From positions 159,475-223,474 of the forward strand of contig JAVVGF010000002.1 of the NCBI GenBank assembly GCA_032249235.1: DNA of 64,000 nt. The letters run 5' to 3'. The notes under the pieces were generated by a model. It made no database searches and was not told the DNA's origin. It worked only from the letters and a program-made list of their open reading frames with translations. The stretch comes from Thermoproteota archaeon. Its GTDB lineage: Archaea; Thermoproteota; Thermoprotei; Gearchaeales; Gearchaeaceae. A program made the position numbers and the translations under genes. Numbering within the stretch: position 1 is the first letter of the stretch; each line of letters starts with the position of its first letter. Of the stretch, positions 10,087-20,978 are shown piece after piece.

Positions 10087-10539
10087 ATGGTTAATGATAT
10101 GCGAACAAAGCCTCTATTGGTAGTGCTAATCCTAGTAATTGTTCTCAACTCTATAACCGTAATAAAAGCTGATGTTCTAGTCGATTATAGTTTCGATAAA
10201 AAAAGCATAATTTTGACAGTTAACTATGGAATAAATTCAAATGATAAACCTTTGATACTAGAGGTTTATGTGAATAGAACCCTTTTCAGAGTTTATTATT
10301 TTAACGAAAACGAAACATTTCCTAAATACATCTACATTAACTTGAAAATAAATGGTCCTACTTACATCTCAGCGAGAACTTATAATTCAATAACGGGATG
10401 GAGTAAAGAAAATGAGATATACGTTAGTGGCTCACAATATTTAACTCCTGAAATAAATTTAGGTAGAGAAGTAGCACTAATTTTGGGCATATCTATATTA
10501 GCAATTGCACTAGTTGTTTATTTTAGAAGAAAAAGTTAA
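10087..10539 (+). CDS. secreted/surface protein with signal peptide and C-terminal TM anchor
   Basis: N-terminal hydrophobic signal, beta-rich core, C-terminal TPEI...TM helix...RRKS. Confidence 0.7.
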   Translation: MVNDMRTKPLLVVLILVIVLNSITVIKADVLVDYSFDKKSIILTVNYGINSNDKPLILEVYVNRTLFRVYYFNENETFPKYIYINLKINGPTYISARTYNSITGWSKENEIYVSGSQYLTPEINLGREVALILGISILAIALVVYFRRKS

Positions 10540-10946
10540 AGAGAATATATTGGGCTTCTATCGGTTCTTTCCTCTCTAATCAACAGAGATGAGATGTCCA
10601 ATTTTTGTTTATCTTTTACGTGGTTGAGGAAATCACTGGTGTGTTTTATGTCAAATTCGATAAGTTCGATCATTAACTTCCATATTTTGACATATATCTC
10701 TTCCAACATTTCTTTAGGCATGACTGAAATGATTGCTGGATTTTGAAGCCAATTCTCGAAACCTTTTATAGTTCTGCTAATATGTTGGCATGCAGTTCTT
10801 GATGCTAACAATAAATTCAACCTGTCAGCTTCCTTATAATTCTTAGACTCAAAACTTTTGACAGCTATTTCAAGAATTTTCTTCTGCTCATTAACCCAAT
10901 CTTGCATGCTCCTCACGAAAGTTTCGTTGAAAGCCATGTATGACAA
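10536..10946 (-). CDS. DUF2153-like crenarchaeal conserved protein
   Basis: WVNEQKK, ADRLNLLLASRTACQHISRTIKGFENWLQNP, EFDIKHTS pattern. Confidence 0.8.
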   Translation of the reverse strand: MSYMAFNETFVRSMQDWVNEQKKILEIAVKSFESKNYKEADRLNLLLASRTACQHISRTIKGFENWLQNPAIISVMPKEMLEEIYVKIWKLMIELIEFDIKHTSDFLNHVKDKQKLDISSLLIREERTDRSPIYSL

Positions 10947-11022
10947 TTTATTAATTAACAGCGTATTTAAACTTATTCAAAGGAAAATTTTTAAGAAACA
11001 GTATTTAAAAACTAAAATAGAA

Positions 11023-11538
11023 ATGACAGATAGTTATATTCCCGAAGTCCCCTTTGTACCAACTCCTGAGAATGTTGTCAGAAAAATGCTTTTACTAGCA
11101 GAACTTAAGCCAAATGAAAAACTTGTAGATTTAGGTGCGGGCGATGGTAGAGTATTGATTATAGGTGCAACAGAATTCAAGGCAATACGTTGTATTGGTG
11201 TTGAAATAAGATCTGAGCTTGTTAAGAGCGCCAAAGAGAAAATCAAGAAGTTAAATCTAGATAATGTGATCGAGATAGTCCATGGAAATATGTATGATTA
11301 TCCATTAAATGATGCAGATGTTGTAACTTTGTACTTATTAACAAGTGTAAATGAAAAATTGAAACCAAAACTTGAGAAAGAATTGAAACCAGGAGCTAGA
11401 GTTGTAACACACGATTTTGAAATGCCAGGATGGGTTCCTTTCAAAGTTGAAGAAATATACGATTCAGGAAGAACTCATAAGATATACGTTTATAAAATGC
11501 CTCCTACTAAGAAGGGGCCACTATCGTTCTACAAATAG
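11023..11538 (+). CDS. class I SAM-dependent protein-lysine methyltransferase (aKMT/Dot1-like)
   Basis: VPFVPTPENVVRKML, DLGAGDGR, ADVVTLYLLTSVNEKLKPKL, VVTHDF. Start moved from the track's 10858 to ATG 11023. Confidence 0.85.
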   Translation: MTDSYIPEVPFVPTPENVVRKMLLLAELKPNEKLVDLGAGDGRVLIIGATEFKAIRCIGVEIRSELVKSAKEKIKKLNLDNVIEIVHGNMYDYPLNDADVVTLYLLTSVNEKLKPKLEKELKPGARVVTHDFEMPGWVPFKVEEIYDSGRTHKIYVYKMPPTKKGPLSFYK

Positions 11539-11790
11539 GAAACTTTCTTCCAAAACTTTTTCTATATAATTTATCATTTTTGCCAAATCATGTTCATCGC
11601 TTTTCTTAATGAACTTCAATATAGATTTGTCATTCGTAAAAGAATAGAACTTCTTTATAATTTGGCTTTGCAGTTTTTTACCTTCGCTGTTTAGTCTTCC
11701 ATGAGATATATAGAAATCGTAATTTTTTCTGAATTCATAAATTAAAAATAGTATTTCCTCTTTTAGCTTATAGTTCGGCTTCTTTTTCAC
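11521..11790 (-). CDS. hypothetical protein
   Basis: 89-aa ORF filling the gap between convergent and divergent neighbours. Confidence 0.55.
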   Translation of the reverse strand: MKKKPNYKLKEEILFLIYEFRKNYDFYISHGRLNSEGKKLQSQIIKKFYSFTNDKSILKFIKKSDEHDLAKMINYIEKVLEESFLFVER

Positions 11791-11828
11791 AAAGATTTAT
11801 TTTAAGACATTTATAAATAGACGAGTCG

Positions 11829-12341
11829 ATGAGCGCTGATCAGTTAAACGAATTATCAAAGGAATTGCTGGAAATTTTAAAGAATAAAGGCAGTCTTACC
11901 ATCCAAGAACTGATAGAATGGATTAAATCAAAAAAAGCGAGTAACCTAGTTTTAAGTGCAGTGATTTCTGAGTTAGAAAGTAGGAATTTAATCAAAAAAA
12001 TAGGTGTTTGGGAAAAATCTGAACCACTTTTTCCATTACCGCAGAAGATTGAACTTGTAACCGCTATAGAAGTAAAGCCCTCCGCCATGAAAGTTGAGAG
12101 AAAAGAAACAAAAAATGAAATTGAAACAAAGGTTATAGAATATCTTGCACGCTATTACAGCGTTGGTGAATTAAGGCTTAGGTTAGATTTTTCATCAAAA
12201 ATAAAGGAACTAGACCCTATATTAAGAAGTCTTGAAGAAAAAGGATTAATAATTTGGGATAGGGAATTGGGTGTTATAACAGCTAGTGATAAATTGCTTA
12301 GTGAATACAAGAAAACTAAAAGTTTTCTTGATGTATTTTAA
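11829..12341 (+). CDS. hypothetical protein with two winged-helix-like segments
   Basis: LLEILKNKGSLT...ELESRNLI and LRSLEEKGLIIWD patterns. Confidence 0.65.
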   Translation: MSADQLNELSKELLEILKNKGSLTIQELIEWIKSKKASNLVLSAVISELESRNLIKKIGVWEKSEPLFPLPQKIELVTAIEVKPSAMKVERKETKNEIETKVIEYLARYYSVGELRLRLDFSSKIKELDPILRSLEEKGLIIWDRELGVITASDKLLSEYKKTKSFLDVF

Positions 12342-12664
12342 GCCGCTACAAATATAGGATTTCTTGAAGATTTATACGCATACTTGATGAATCCTTCACG
12401 CTCTAAAGATTGTAAAATTCTTTTAGCTTCTCCCATAGTTATACCATATTTACTGGAGATAAGCCAAGGCGATAAGTAAGGATTATTTTTTATCTCAGAC
12501 TTGACGCTTTCAATTAATTGAGGACTAATTATTGCAATAGTTTGCTTTTCTTTCTTTTCAACCGCTTTAGGCCCTTCTTTCTTCTGTTTTTGAGCAGCTT
12601 GTTTTAAGGCTCTCTCTTGCCGTTTAGCTAATTGCGATATTCCTTTCTTTCCTTTTCCTCCCAT
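12338..12664 (-). CDS. rps25e: 30S ribosomal protein S25e
   Basis: MGGKGKK basic N-terminus and wHTH (YLSPWLISSKYGITMGEAKRILQSLEREG). Confidence 0.9.
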   Translation of the reverse strand: MGGKGKKGISQLAKRQERALKQAAQKQKKEGPKAVEKKEKQTIAIISPQLIESVKSEIKNNPYLSPWLISSKYGITMGEAKRILQSLEREGFIKYAYKSSRNPIFVAA

Positions 12665-12717
12665 ATCTTATTATTTTAAGAAAACCTTAATAAACTTCCA
12701 AACTAAACTCAAGATAA

Positions 12718-13032
12718 ATGAGTAAAATTAAAAATGTTGTCGAGATACTAGCATTGTTTGAGAAAGAATTAGATAACATTGAAAAAATAGTGGAAGAAAT
12801 GAAACTGAAACTTTTAGATGAACTTGAAGCATTGGCGAACACCAAATCGATGAATATAATAGAAAAATTCAGGTCTGAAAAAGAGATGGAATTAAAGAAA
12901 GAAGAAGAAAAAGCTAGAAAAGAGGCTGAAGATATTTTAAAAAGAGGCGATGAGTTAATCGCTGAGAAAAAGAAGGAACTGGAAAAGAAATTGGAAATTG
13001 CCAAGAAAAAGGTCTTAGAAGCTTTATTATGA
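12718..13032 (+). CDS. atpH: A/V-type ATP synthase peripheral stalk subunit H(G)-like
   Basis: 104-aa E/K-rich coiled coil directly upstream of and overlapping subunit C. Confidence 0.65.
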   Translation: MSKIKNVVEILALFEKELDNIEKIVEEMKLKLLDELEALANTKSMNIIEKFRSEKEMELKKEEEKARKEAEDILKRGDELIAEKKKELEKKLEIAKKKVLEALL

Positions 13033-14063
13033 GTAATTTTTACAGGACTACAAGAGCAAGAGTTAAAAAAGGATATCTATTACCAAGAGAAACGTTTCAA
13101 GGATTGATAGAACAAAAGACTATCGAAGACGCTATTGAAATTTTAAAATCAACCGATTACAAGAAAGAAATTTTGGAATTACAACAACCTTATAAGATTA
13201 TCAATATTGAACAGGCATTGATAAAAAATATGTTAAGACATTTTTATGAATTAATTACTAGTAGTGTTTATTCTGAAATTTTATTAGCGTATTTTAATAA
13301 ATATATAATTAGAAATCTAAAGATTGTTTTAAAAGGAAAGGCATTAAATAGAAAATATGATGAGCTTTATAATAGCATTATACTAGATGCAGAGGCTTAT
13401 CTTGGTAGGAGAGATATAATTATCAAGACGCTAGAAGCGCCAAGCCTTGAAGAAGCCATTCAGCTTTTGAGTAGGTACTCTTTTGGTAAAGAAATAAACC
13501 TAGCATATAATGCCTTCAAGGATAGCAACAATCTAGCAGCGTTTGATATAATTTTAGATAAGTCTTGGATAAACATGCTCATAGATGCGCATAATCGTGT
13601 GAACATAAGAGATAGAGAAGATACAAAAGATCTAGTAGGTTTTGATGTGGATAGCTATAATGTGTTGGCTCTATTGAGAGCGAAATATATAGGATTAAGC
13701 AGCGCTATTCAGAGAGACATTATTGCAAAGAAATCGTTCTATATAGAACAAGATGTTCTCTCTAATATAATAATAACTGAATCTATAGAGGCTTGCATTC
13801 AACTATTAAGAAATACATATTATAGAAATATAATTACTGAAGAAATAAAAGGTAAAGAAGATTTAGAGAAGCTAGAAGAGAATTTTAAGAAATTGATTTA
13901 CAGGACATCAGAATCTAAATTCGTGAAAAATCCACTTAGTCTTGGTGAGGTACTAGCATATATAAAGCTAAAAGAATTCGAAATTCACAATATAGTAACA
14001 ATATTGTTCGGAATAGAAAATGGAATATCGCCTTCGAAAATTCTAGAAAAATTGTTTATCTAA
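13029..14063 (+). CDS. atpC: A/V-type ATP synthase subunit C (d/AC39)
   Basis: RARVKKGYLL, IRNLKIVLKGK, DSYNVLALLRAK, YIKLKEFEIHNI. Confidence 0.9.
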   Translation: MSNFYRTTRARVKKGYLLPRETFQGLIEQKTIEDAIEILKSTDYKKEILELQQPYKIINIEQALIKNMLRHFYELITSSVYSEILLAYFNKYIIRNLKIVLKGKALNRKYDELYNSIILDAEAYLGRRDIIIKTLEAPSLEEAIQLLSRYSFGKEINLAYNAFKDSNNLAAFDIILDKSWINMLIDAHNRVNIRDREDTKDLVGFDVDSYNVLALLRAKYIGLSSAIQRDIIAKKSFYIEQDVLSNIIITESIEACIQLLRNTYYRNIITEEIKGKEDLEKLEENFKKLIYRTSESKFVKNPLSLGEVLAYIKLKEFEIHNIVTILFGIENGISPSKILEKLFI

Positions 14064-16086
14064 TTTTAAATTTAACTTTAGTAATTAAACCTTCATTATT
14101 GAAAGTTCTAAATGGCTTTCCTTCTCCATAGTAAAATTTGGTAAACCATTCATAAAGATGAAGCCTTAGAGCTTGTATAAATACAACGAAACCTTCAAGA
14201 AGTGCAATACCCAAATTTCCTAATACTAATGCAATCCCTACTACAATCGTTGTTATTATCGGATTGCCCAAATATAGATTCACTACTGAACCAAGGTAAA
14301 GCAAAAATACTGAATGAACAATTACTAATATTGCGAGTCTCAAGTAGCTGATTGTATTCGAAAGTAATCGAGTTATAGAATCGAACACTTCCATCGCTCC
14401 TTCACCCAATAATTCCTTAGTTTCAATATGCTCTTCTCCTTCAAGCTTTTTAGCTATATATCTAGCTAATAAAATTAGTATTAAACCAATCAATGCTGAG
14501 ACAGAGAAGATTTTTGAATAAAGATATGCAGGTATTCCTAAAATAACTTGTTGACTTGAAGAATAAGCACCTATATTCATACCGAAAACCCACAATCCAT
14601 ACAGCAAAAATACGCCTGAAATATAAAACGTTAGATAGGCTATTGCTAAGATTAAATCTTCTTTATTCGAAGCTATTATGCCATTTATTAGTCTTAGGAG
14701 AATTCCAAGTATCAAATGGACTATGCCTATAATAATACTGATCTGGAGAACAAAAGTTAAGCCTTCAGGATTCAAGCCCTCGCCATGCTTAACCAATTCT
14801 ATGACTGGTTGATAATGAACAAATGGTATAGGAAAACCAAAGAACTCATTATGAAGTATACCAAATATTGCACTAGCACAGCCTATAGATACCAATAGGA
14901 TTCCCCATTGTCTTAAATTTCCTGCGGATCTTAAGTAAAAGAATAAGCCAAGTGCGATGATTAATAAACCGCCACCTAAATCTGCATACATGAAACCATA
15001 AAACAAAGTGAAAAAGAAGAAAACAAAGGGTGTAGGATCGATTTCATGATAGTTTGCAGGTCCTTGCATATAAGTAATATTTTCGAAAGATTTGATGATG
15101 GGCTTATTAACTATTAAAGTTGGTGCATCTTTTTCCTTCACATCTTCAAATTCGAGAAAACAATCGTTGGAGAATATTTTTTCGAAATCATTCTTGTATC
15201 TCTTGGGAATATATCCTTCTAATATAACAAAATTCTTCAAAGGCCTTGAGATTTTTATATTCAAAATGTTTAGATATTGAAGAGAAGCAAGTTCATACAA
15301 AGAAATGATATCATAATATCTCATTTTGCTTTCATAACTTATTTTGAGTTCGACCTCAGTTATTTTCTGCCTCAACTCTCTTATCTTTTTTTCTAATCTT
15401 TCGATTTCTTCATTTATTGAAATTTTCTCTTCAGGCACTTTAATTTGGATCAATTCTAAACCTCCAATTATTCTAGAAATCTTTTCTGCATATTCAGTCT
15501 TTGATAAAATCAAAGCTATATTTACATCTTCTTTTACCTTCTCGCTTATCAATAAGACATCTTCAGGAAGGCTTCTTTTCAATTCAAGTAAGATTTTGGA
15601 ATTTACTACAACGAACAATACGAAGAACCTTTTTAGGTATTTAATTGTTTCAAAGTCGATTCCTATTTTACTTATAAATTCAAGATTTTGTTTGTAATTC
15701 AAAGCTTCGTTAAGTTCTTTGTTGAATTTCCTTCTACTTTCTATCAAAGGATAAAGATTCGTTTGTAACTCGCCGATTTTCTTTTTTAATTCCTCAACTA
15801 ATTCTCTAAAGTCTTTGAACTCATAAGAATAAGTCTTGACCTGGACCTTATTAGTTAAATAGTCCATAACCCCAAACTCTCTTTTTATCCCTAATTCATT
15901 AGCCAAATTTTCTATTTCTGCAGAAATTCTGCTTAATGTCTGTATATATTCCTCTGTATTCTCTATCCTATCTTGCCCTACTTCAATTGTATGAAAAAGC
16001 TTGAAGTCAATGAGCTTCGTTATAACACTATCAAATCTATGCCTATCAGTCAGTAGTGTTGCTTTGATTAATTTTTCGACAGGCAC
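14056..16086 (-). CDS. atpI: A/V-type ATP synthase subunit I (a)
   Basis: EIDPTP, GFMYADLG, LSNTISYLRL (essential Arg), IQALRLHLYEWFTKFY. Confidence 0.95.
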   Translation of the reverse strand: MPVEKLIKATLLTDRHRFDSVITKLIDFKLFHTIEVGQDRIENTEEYIQTLSRISAEIENLANELGIKREFGVMDYLTNKVQVKTYSYEFKDFRELVEELKKKIGELQTNLYPLIESRRKFNKELNEALNYKQNLEFISKIGIDFETIKYLKRFFVLFVVVNSKILLELKRSLPEDVLLISEKVKEDVNIALILSKTEYAEKISRIIGGLELIQIKVPEEKISINEEIERLEKKIRELRQKITEVELKISYESKMRYYDIISLYELASLQYLNILNIKISRPLKNFVILEGYIPKRYKNDFEKIFSNDCFLEFEDVKEKDAPTLIVNKPIIKSFENITYMQGPANYHEIDPTPFVFFFFTLFYGFMYADLGGGLLIIALGLFFYLRSAGNLRQWGILLVSIGCASAIFGILHNEFFGFPIPFVHYQPVIELVKHGEGLNPEGLTFVLQISIIIGIVHLILGILLRLINGIIASNKEDLILAIAYLTFYISGVFLLYGLWVFGMNIGAYSSSQQVILGIPAYLYSKIFSVSALIGLILILLARYIAKKLEGEEHIETKELLGEGAMEVFDSITRLLSNTISYLRLAILVIVHSVFLLYLGSVVNLYLGNPIITTIVVGIALVLGNLGIALLEGFVVFIQALRLHLYEWFTKFYYGEGKPFRTFNNEGLITKVKFKIR

Positions 16087-16137
16087 GATGCTATTCTATC
16101 CATTAAGATTATTAAAAATTAACTTCAAAATTGTTTT

Positions 16138-16437
16138 ATGAAAAAGATTGTTGCGATAGGAGACGAGGAATTTGTATTAGGATTTTCATTAGTAGGTTGC
16201 GAAGGATATATTGAAGAAAGACCTGATAAAATACTGCGTTTAATAAAAGAGCTCATAAATAACCAAGAAATAGGGCTAATACTAGTAAATGATAAACTTA
16301 CTCAAAATATAAAGAAAGAAATTCAAGAAATTAAACTGAAAACCAATTCCCCGTTAATATATGAGGTTCCGGGCCCAGGTAGCGTTAAAAAGACTGAAGA
16401 TTACAGAAAGTTAATAAGGCAAATTTTGGGATTCTAA
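16138..16437 (+). CDS. atpF: A/V-type ATP synthase subunit F
   Basis: IVAIGDEEFVLGFSLVG, PLIYEVP. Confidence 0.93.
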   Translation: MKKIVAIGDEEFVLGFSLVGCEGYIEERPDKILRLIKELINNQEIGLILVNDKLTQNIKKEIQEIKLKTNSPLIYEVPGPGSVKKTEDYRKLIRQILGF

Positions 16438-16440
16438 GCA

Positions 16441-17034
16441 ATGGAAGTTCTTAAAAAAATGATTGAAGAAAATGCTGAAGTGACTAAGATTAAATCTATA
16501 AATGAAATTGAAAAATTAACGGCTCAAATAAATAAGTTAATAGATAAAAACGTTCAACTTACAATCGGAAAATTAAAAGAAATTGAAGATGAATATTCGA
16601 GAAAAATCGATTCGCTTAAGAAAATGATAGTTAGCAATGCAGAAATGAATGTCAGAAATTCATTATTAAAGCTTTATAGTGAATACGTAGATAAAGCTAT
16701 ATCTCTAGCACTTGAAGAGATACATAACAATAGGGAAATTTACTTGAAGGGCTTAGATAAACTCTTACTTGAAGCTATTGAGAACATAGGAGAAAATAAA
16801 GTAAAAATATATTGCAATCCTGAAGACAAGAACGACATTGAAAAAATAGCTAAGAAGATTTCAAGAGAGAAAAACATACGAATTGAGATTAAAGAAAAGA
16901 AAATAAGTGAGTACGGAGGCGTGATCGCAACAAATGAAAGCGAAACAGTCGTTTATAATAATACAATTGAAGCTAGATTAGAAAGAATGAAAGAAAATAT
17001 AAGAAAAATAGTGGGAGATATTTTAAGGGAATAA
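16441..17034 (+). CDS. atpE: A/V-type ATP synthase subunit E
   Basis: Coiled N-terminus, GGVIA...NNTIEARL. Confidence 0.9.
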   Translation: MEVLKKMIEENAEVTKIKSINEIEKLTAQINKLIDKNVQLTIGKLKEIEDEYSRKIDSLKKMIVSNAEMNVRNSLLKLYSEYVDKAISLALEEIHNNREIYLKGLDKLLLEAIENIGENKVKIYCNPEDKNDIEKIAKKISREKNIRIEIKEKKISEYGGVIATNESETVVYNNTIEARLERMKENIRKIVGDILRE

Positions 17035-17035
17035 C

Positions 17036-18814
17036 ATGACAACTGCACCGGGTAGGATTACTTGGATAAGTGGTCCAACTGTAAGAGCAGAAGGTCTTGA
17101 AGGTGTCAAGATGTATGAGGTTGTCTATGTAGGAGAAGAAAGACTGATTGGAGAAGTCATAGCTGTCTCAGGCGATAGAGCGGTCATTCAAGTATACGAA
17201 ACTACAAGTGGTCTTAGACCAGGAGAACCAGTATATAGATCAGGAGAACCTTTATCTGTAATGTTAGGACCTGGCATTATAGGAAGAACTTATGACGGTG
17301 TTCAAAGACCTTTAGATGTCATCGCCACCAAAATTGGACCTTTTGTTAAAAGAGGAATTCAAGTAGATCCTATTCCATTAGATAAAAAATGGTATTTTGA
17401 ACCAATTTTAAAGAAGGGAGATAAAGTAGAAGGCGGGTATATATTAGGCTTTGTTCAAGAAACTCCTCTAATTAGACATGCTATACTTGTCCATCCTGAA
17501 ATAAAAGGAAGAATAAAATACATAGTAAAAGAAGGAGAATACACAGCTAATGATATCATAGCTGAGGTTGAACATGATTCCGAAACTTATCAATTGAGAT
17601 TATATCATCGTTGGCCTGTTAGAAAACCGAGACCGTATGTCCAAAGACTAGAACCTGAAGTTCCTCTGATAACTGGAATGAGAATAATCGATACATTATT
17701 TCCTGTAGCAAAAGGAGGAACAGCTGCAATTCCAGGAGGATTTGGGACAGGTAAGACTGTAACATTGCATCAAATCGCAGCATGGTGTGATGCTAGGGTT
17801 GTGATCTACATAGGATGTGGAGAAAGAGGAAATGAAATGGCTGAAGTGCTTGTGAAATTCCCCGAATTGACTGATCCTTATAGCGGAAGACCATTAATGG
17901 AAAGAACGATATTAATTGCTAACACGAGCAACATGCCAATTTCAGCTAGAGAAGCAAGCATATACACAGGAATAACCCTCGCTGAATATTATAGAGATAT
18001 GGGATATGATGTAGTTCTTGTAGCAGATTCTACAAGTAGATGGGCAGAAGCATTAAGAGAAATTAGCGGAAGACTTGAAGAAATGCCTGCTGAAGAAGGA
18101 TTCCCTTCATATTTAGCTTCGAGACTAGCTGAGTTTTATGAAAGAGCGGGAAGAGTAATAACACTAAATCAAAACAGGTCTATTGGTTCAGTAACAGTAG
18201 TAGGTGCAGTTTCTCCTCCTGGAGGAGACTTTTCTGAACCCGTAACAGTTCATACTTTGAGATTCGTTAGAGCATTTTGGGGCTTAGATAGTGCACTAGC
18301 ATATTCAAGGCACTATCCTGCAATAAATTGGATAATCAGTTATTCATTATATGTTGATGCTGTAGCCAAATGGTGGGAAAAAGAAGTCGAAAAAGGATGG
18401 CCAGAACTAAGAAGAACAATGCTTGAAATATTACAAAAAGAAGACGAATTGAAAGAAATTGTAAAGCTCCTAGGTCCTGAAGCTCTTCCCGATAGCGAAA
18501 AGTTAATTTTAGATGTAGCACGCATCATTAGAGAAGGATTTTTGCAGCAAAACGCATTCGATCCTGTTGATACATATTGTTCAGTACAAAAGCAATACAA
18601 GATGCTGAAGATGTTCATTGAATTTTATCAAAAAGCCAAAATTGCTCTAGATAAAGGAGTACCTTTATCTTCGATAAGAGCTATGCCTGTAATAACTAAA
18701 ATGATGAGAGCAAGATACACAATTCCTAACGAGAAATATGTCGAGATAGATAATTTAATTGAAGAGATTAATCAATCGATTAATAAATTATTAGAGGGGA
18801 TAAAGAGTGGCTAG
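17036..18814 (+). CDS. atpA: A/V-type ATP synthase subunit A
   Basis: GGFGTGKT Walker [31 protein letters not shown]; no intein. Confidence 0.98.
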   Translation: MTTAPGRITWISGPTVRAEGLEGVKMYEVVYVGEERLIGEVIAVSGDRAVIQVYETTSGLRPGEPVYRSGEPLSVMLGPGIIGRTYDGVQRPLDVIATKIGPFVKRGIQVDPIPLDKKWYFEPILKKGDKVEGGYILGFVQETPLIRHAILVHPEIKGRIKYIVKEGEYTANDIIAEVEHDSETYQLRLYHRWPVRKPRPYVQRLEPEVPLITGMRIIDTLFPVAKGGTAAIPGGFGTGKTVTLHQIAAWCDARVVIYIGCGERGNEMAEVLVKFPELTDPYSGRPLMERTILIANTSNMPISAREASIYTGITLAEYYRDMGYDVVLVADSTSRWAEALREISGRLEEMPAEEGFPSYLASRLAEFYERAGRVITLNQNRSIGSVTVVGAVSPPGGDFSEPVTVHTLRFVRAFWGLDSALAYSRHYPAINWIISYSLYVDAVAKWWEKEVEKGWPELRRTMLEILQKEDELKEIVKLLGPEALPDSEKLILDVARIIREGFLQQNAFDPVDTYCSVQKQYKMLKMFIEFYQKAKIALDKGVPLSSIRAMPVITKMMRARYTIPNEKYVEIDNLIEEINQSINKLLEGIKSG

Positions 18815-20195
18815 TGGAGGATTAGAATATTATTCAGTTAGAGAAATTAAAGGACCATTATTAGTAGTAGAAGGTGTTAAAAACGTAGCATATGATGAAC
18901 TTTTAGAAATAGAAACTGGAACAGGAGAGAAAAGATTAGGAAAAGTTCTAGAAGTTGGTTATGGAATTGCAATTGTACAAGTATTTGAGGGAACAACGGG
19001 TCTTTCAGTAAAAGGGACAAAAGCAAAGTTCTTAGGAAGAACTATGGAAGTCCCTGTCAGCGAGGATATGCTTGGAAGAATATTTGATGGGCTAGGAAGA
19101 CCTATTGATGGCTTACCACCCCCAATTCCTAGAGATAGACTAGATGTTAACGGCTCGCCTATAAATCCGGAAAGAAGAGATTATCCTACTAACTTCATAC
19201 AAACAGGAATTTCTGCAATAGATGGCATGAATACGTTAATAAGAGGACAAAAGTTACCTATATTTTCAGGTGCTGGCTTACCTCATAACAAAATTGCTGC
19301 ACAAATAGCGAGACAAGCTACAGTTCTAGGCCAAGAAGAAGAATTTGCAGTTATATTTGCAGCTATTGGTGTTCAAAACGATGAAGCCTCTTTCTTTAAG
19401 AAAAGTTTAGAAGAGACAGGTGCAATAAAACGAAGTGCATTATTTTTGAACTTAGCTGATGATCCAGCTTTTGAAAGGGTCATCACTCCAAGGATTGCTT
19501 TAACATTAGCTGAATATTTGGCATTCGAAAAAGACATGCATGTTTTAGTAATTATTACGGATATGACTAACTACGGTGAAGCTCTAAGAGAAATTAGTGC
19601 AGCAAGAGAAGAGGTGCCTGGAAGGAAAGGATATCCTGGATACTTATATACGGATTTAGCTACAATATATGAAAGAGCAGGAAGAATTAAGGGAAAGAAA
19701 GGAAGCATAACGCAAATGCCAATATTGACAATGCCTAACGATGATATAAGTCATCCTATACCAGATTTAACTGCTTATATCACAGAAGGACAAATAGTAT
19801 TAGGTAGAGAATTGCATAGGGTTGGAATATATCCTCCTATTAACGTTCTCATGAGCTTAAGCAGATTGATGAGAGATGGAATAGGCGAAGGAAAAACAAG
19901 AGCAGATCATCCTGATGTTGCAAGCCAGTTATATGCTTCTTATGCAAGAGCTCAAGAATTAAGAGCATTAGCTCTTATAGTAGGAGAATCTAGCTTAACT
20001 CCGGTTGACCTTAAATATCTAAGATATGCTGAAGCATTTGAGAAGAAATTCTTGTCTCAAGGATATTATGAAAACAGAGATATTTTCAAGACCTTGGATA
20101 TTGCATGGGAAGTTTTATCCATGTTACCCGAACAAGAATTGACCAGAGTAAAAGAGAAGTTTATCAAACAATATTATAAGAAAAAAGCAGAATAG
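18807..20195 (+). CDS. atpB: A/V-type ATP synthase subunit B
   Basis: [41 protein letters not shown]. Confidence 0.98.
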   Translation: MASGGLEYYSVREIKGPLLVVEGVKNVAYDELLEIETGTGEKRLGKVLEVGYGIAIVQVFEGTTGLSVKGTKAKFLGRTMEVPVSEDMLGRIFDGLGRPIDGLPPPIPRDRLDVNGSPINPERRDYPTNFIQTGISAIDGMNTLIRGQKLPIFSGAGLPHNKIAAQIARQATVLGQEEEFAVIFAAIGVQNDEASFFKKSLEETGAIKRSALFLNLADDPAFERVITPRIALTLAEYLAFEKDMHVLVIITDMTNYGEALREISAAREEVPGRKGYPGYLYTDLATIYERAGRIKGKKGSITQMPILTMPNDDISHPIPDLTAYITEGQIVLGRELHRVGIYPPINVLMSLSRLMRDGIGEGKTRADHPDVASQLYASYARAQELRALALIVGESSLTPVDLKYLRYAEAFEKKFLSQGYYENRDIFKTLDIAWEVLSMLPEQELTRVKEKFIKQYYKKKAE

Positions 20196-20196
20196 C

Positions 20197-20850
20197 ATGT
20201 CTCAAGGATTTGGAGGTAGGGCTTTACCTACAAAGATAAATCTGATTAGACTCAGAAGAAGTCTAGCTTTTGCTAGAAGGGTAAAAAAGATACTTGAAGA
20301 TAAAAGAGAAGTCATATTGCATGAATTAGAGAAATTAATTGATGAAATATCAGAAGAAAGTAAGAAAGTATGGGATTCTCTTTTTGAAGCTTACGATGCT
20401 TTATATTCTGCTTACATGAGTATGGGTCCTTTAAATGTTAATTCGCTAGCCATCACGACACCTCAAAAATTGGCAATTGAGATGAAAGAAGAAAATCTAA
20501 TGGGAGTAAAAGTTCCAAGAATTAAGCTAGTCAATTTAGAAAAAAATCCGCAGTACGGATTTTTAGATTCGTCTAGTGCTCTTGATAAAGCTGTTAAAAA
20601 GTTTCAAGAAATTTTACCTATGCTAATAAGTAATGCTGAAAAAGAAAATGCAATTTATAGACTGGCAGAAGAATTGAAGAAAACGCAAAGACAAGTCAAT
20701 GCTTTGAAATACGTTATCATCCCAAATTATGAAAAAATGATTTATAATATTGGTAATGCTTTAGAAGAAAGAGAAAGAGAAGATTTCGTAAGACTTAAAA
20801 AGATAAAAGCCATATTAGAAAGAAAAACTAAACATGGAGGCCAAGATTAA
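20197..20850 (+). CDS. atpD: A/V-type ATP synthase subunit D
   Basis: PTKINLIRL, LEDKREV, KTQRQVNAL, LEEREREDF. Confidence 0.95.
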   Translation: MSQGFGGRALPTKINLIRLRRSLAFARRVKKILEDKREVILHELEKLIDEISEESKKVWDSLFEAYDALYSAYMSMGPLNVNSLAITTPQKLAIEMKEENLMGVKVPRIKLVNLEKNPQYGFLDSSSALDKAVKKFQEILPMLISNAEKENAIYRLAEELKKTQRQVNALKYVIIPNYEKMIYNIGNALEEREREDFVRLKKIKAILERKTKHGGQD

Positions 20851-20977
20851 AGAAGAATTTGAATCGATAAGAGAAGAATTTAAGAAAATGAAGGAAGAAA
20901 ATATAAAGGAAATAGAGAGAAAAATCGAAGAATTGAAAGCAAAGGTTTTTAAAGAACTAGAAAAAACCTTATCTTAA
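20834..20977 (+). CDS. 47-aa coiled-coil protein between atpD and atpK (putative short subunit G/H)
   Basis: Not in the ORF track. MEAKIKEEFESIREEFKKMKEENIKEIERKIEELKAKVFKELEKTLS*; overlaps the end of atpD and stops 1 nt before the atpK ATG. Confidence 0.7.
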   Translation: MEAKIKEEFESIREEFKKMKEENIKEIERKIEELKAKVFKELEKTLS

Positions 20978-20978
20978 T

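Noticed and set aside
10858-11022. N-terminal extension of the methyltransferase given in the ORF track
   Set aside because: It overlaps the divergent DUF2153 gene and the shared promoter; family similarity begins at Met 11023.
17036-18814. Intein in ATP synthase subunit A
   Set aside because: Normal length (592 aa) with a continuous GKTV Walker A region.
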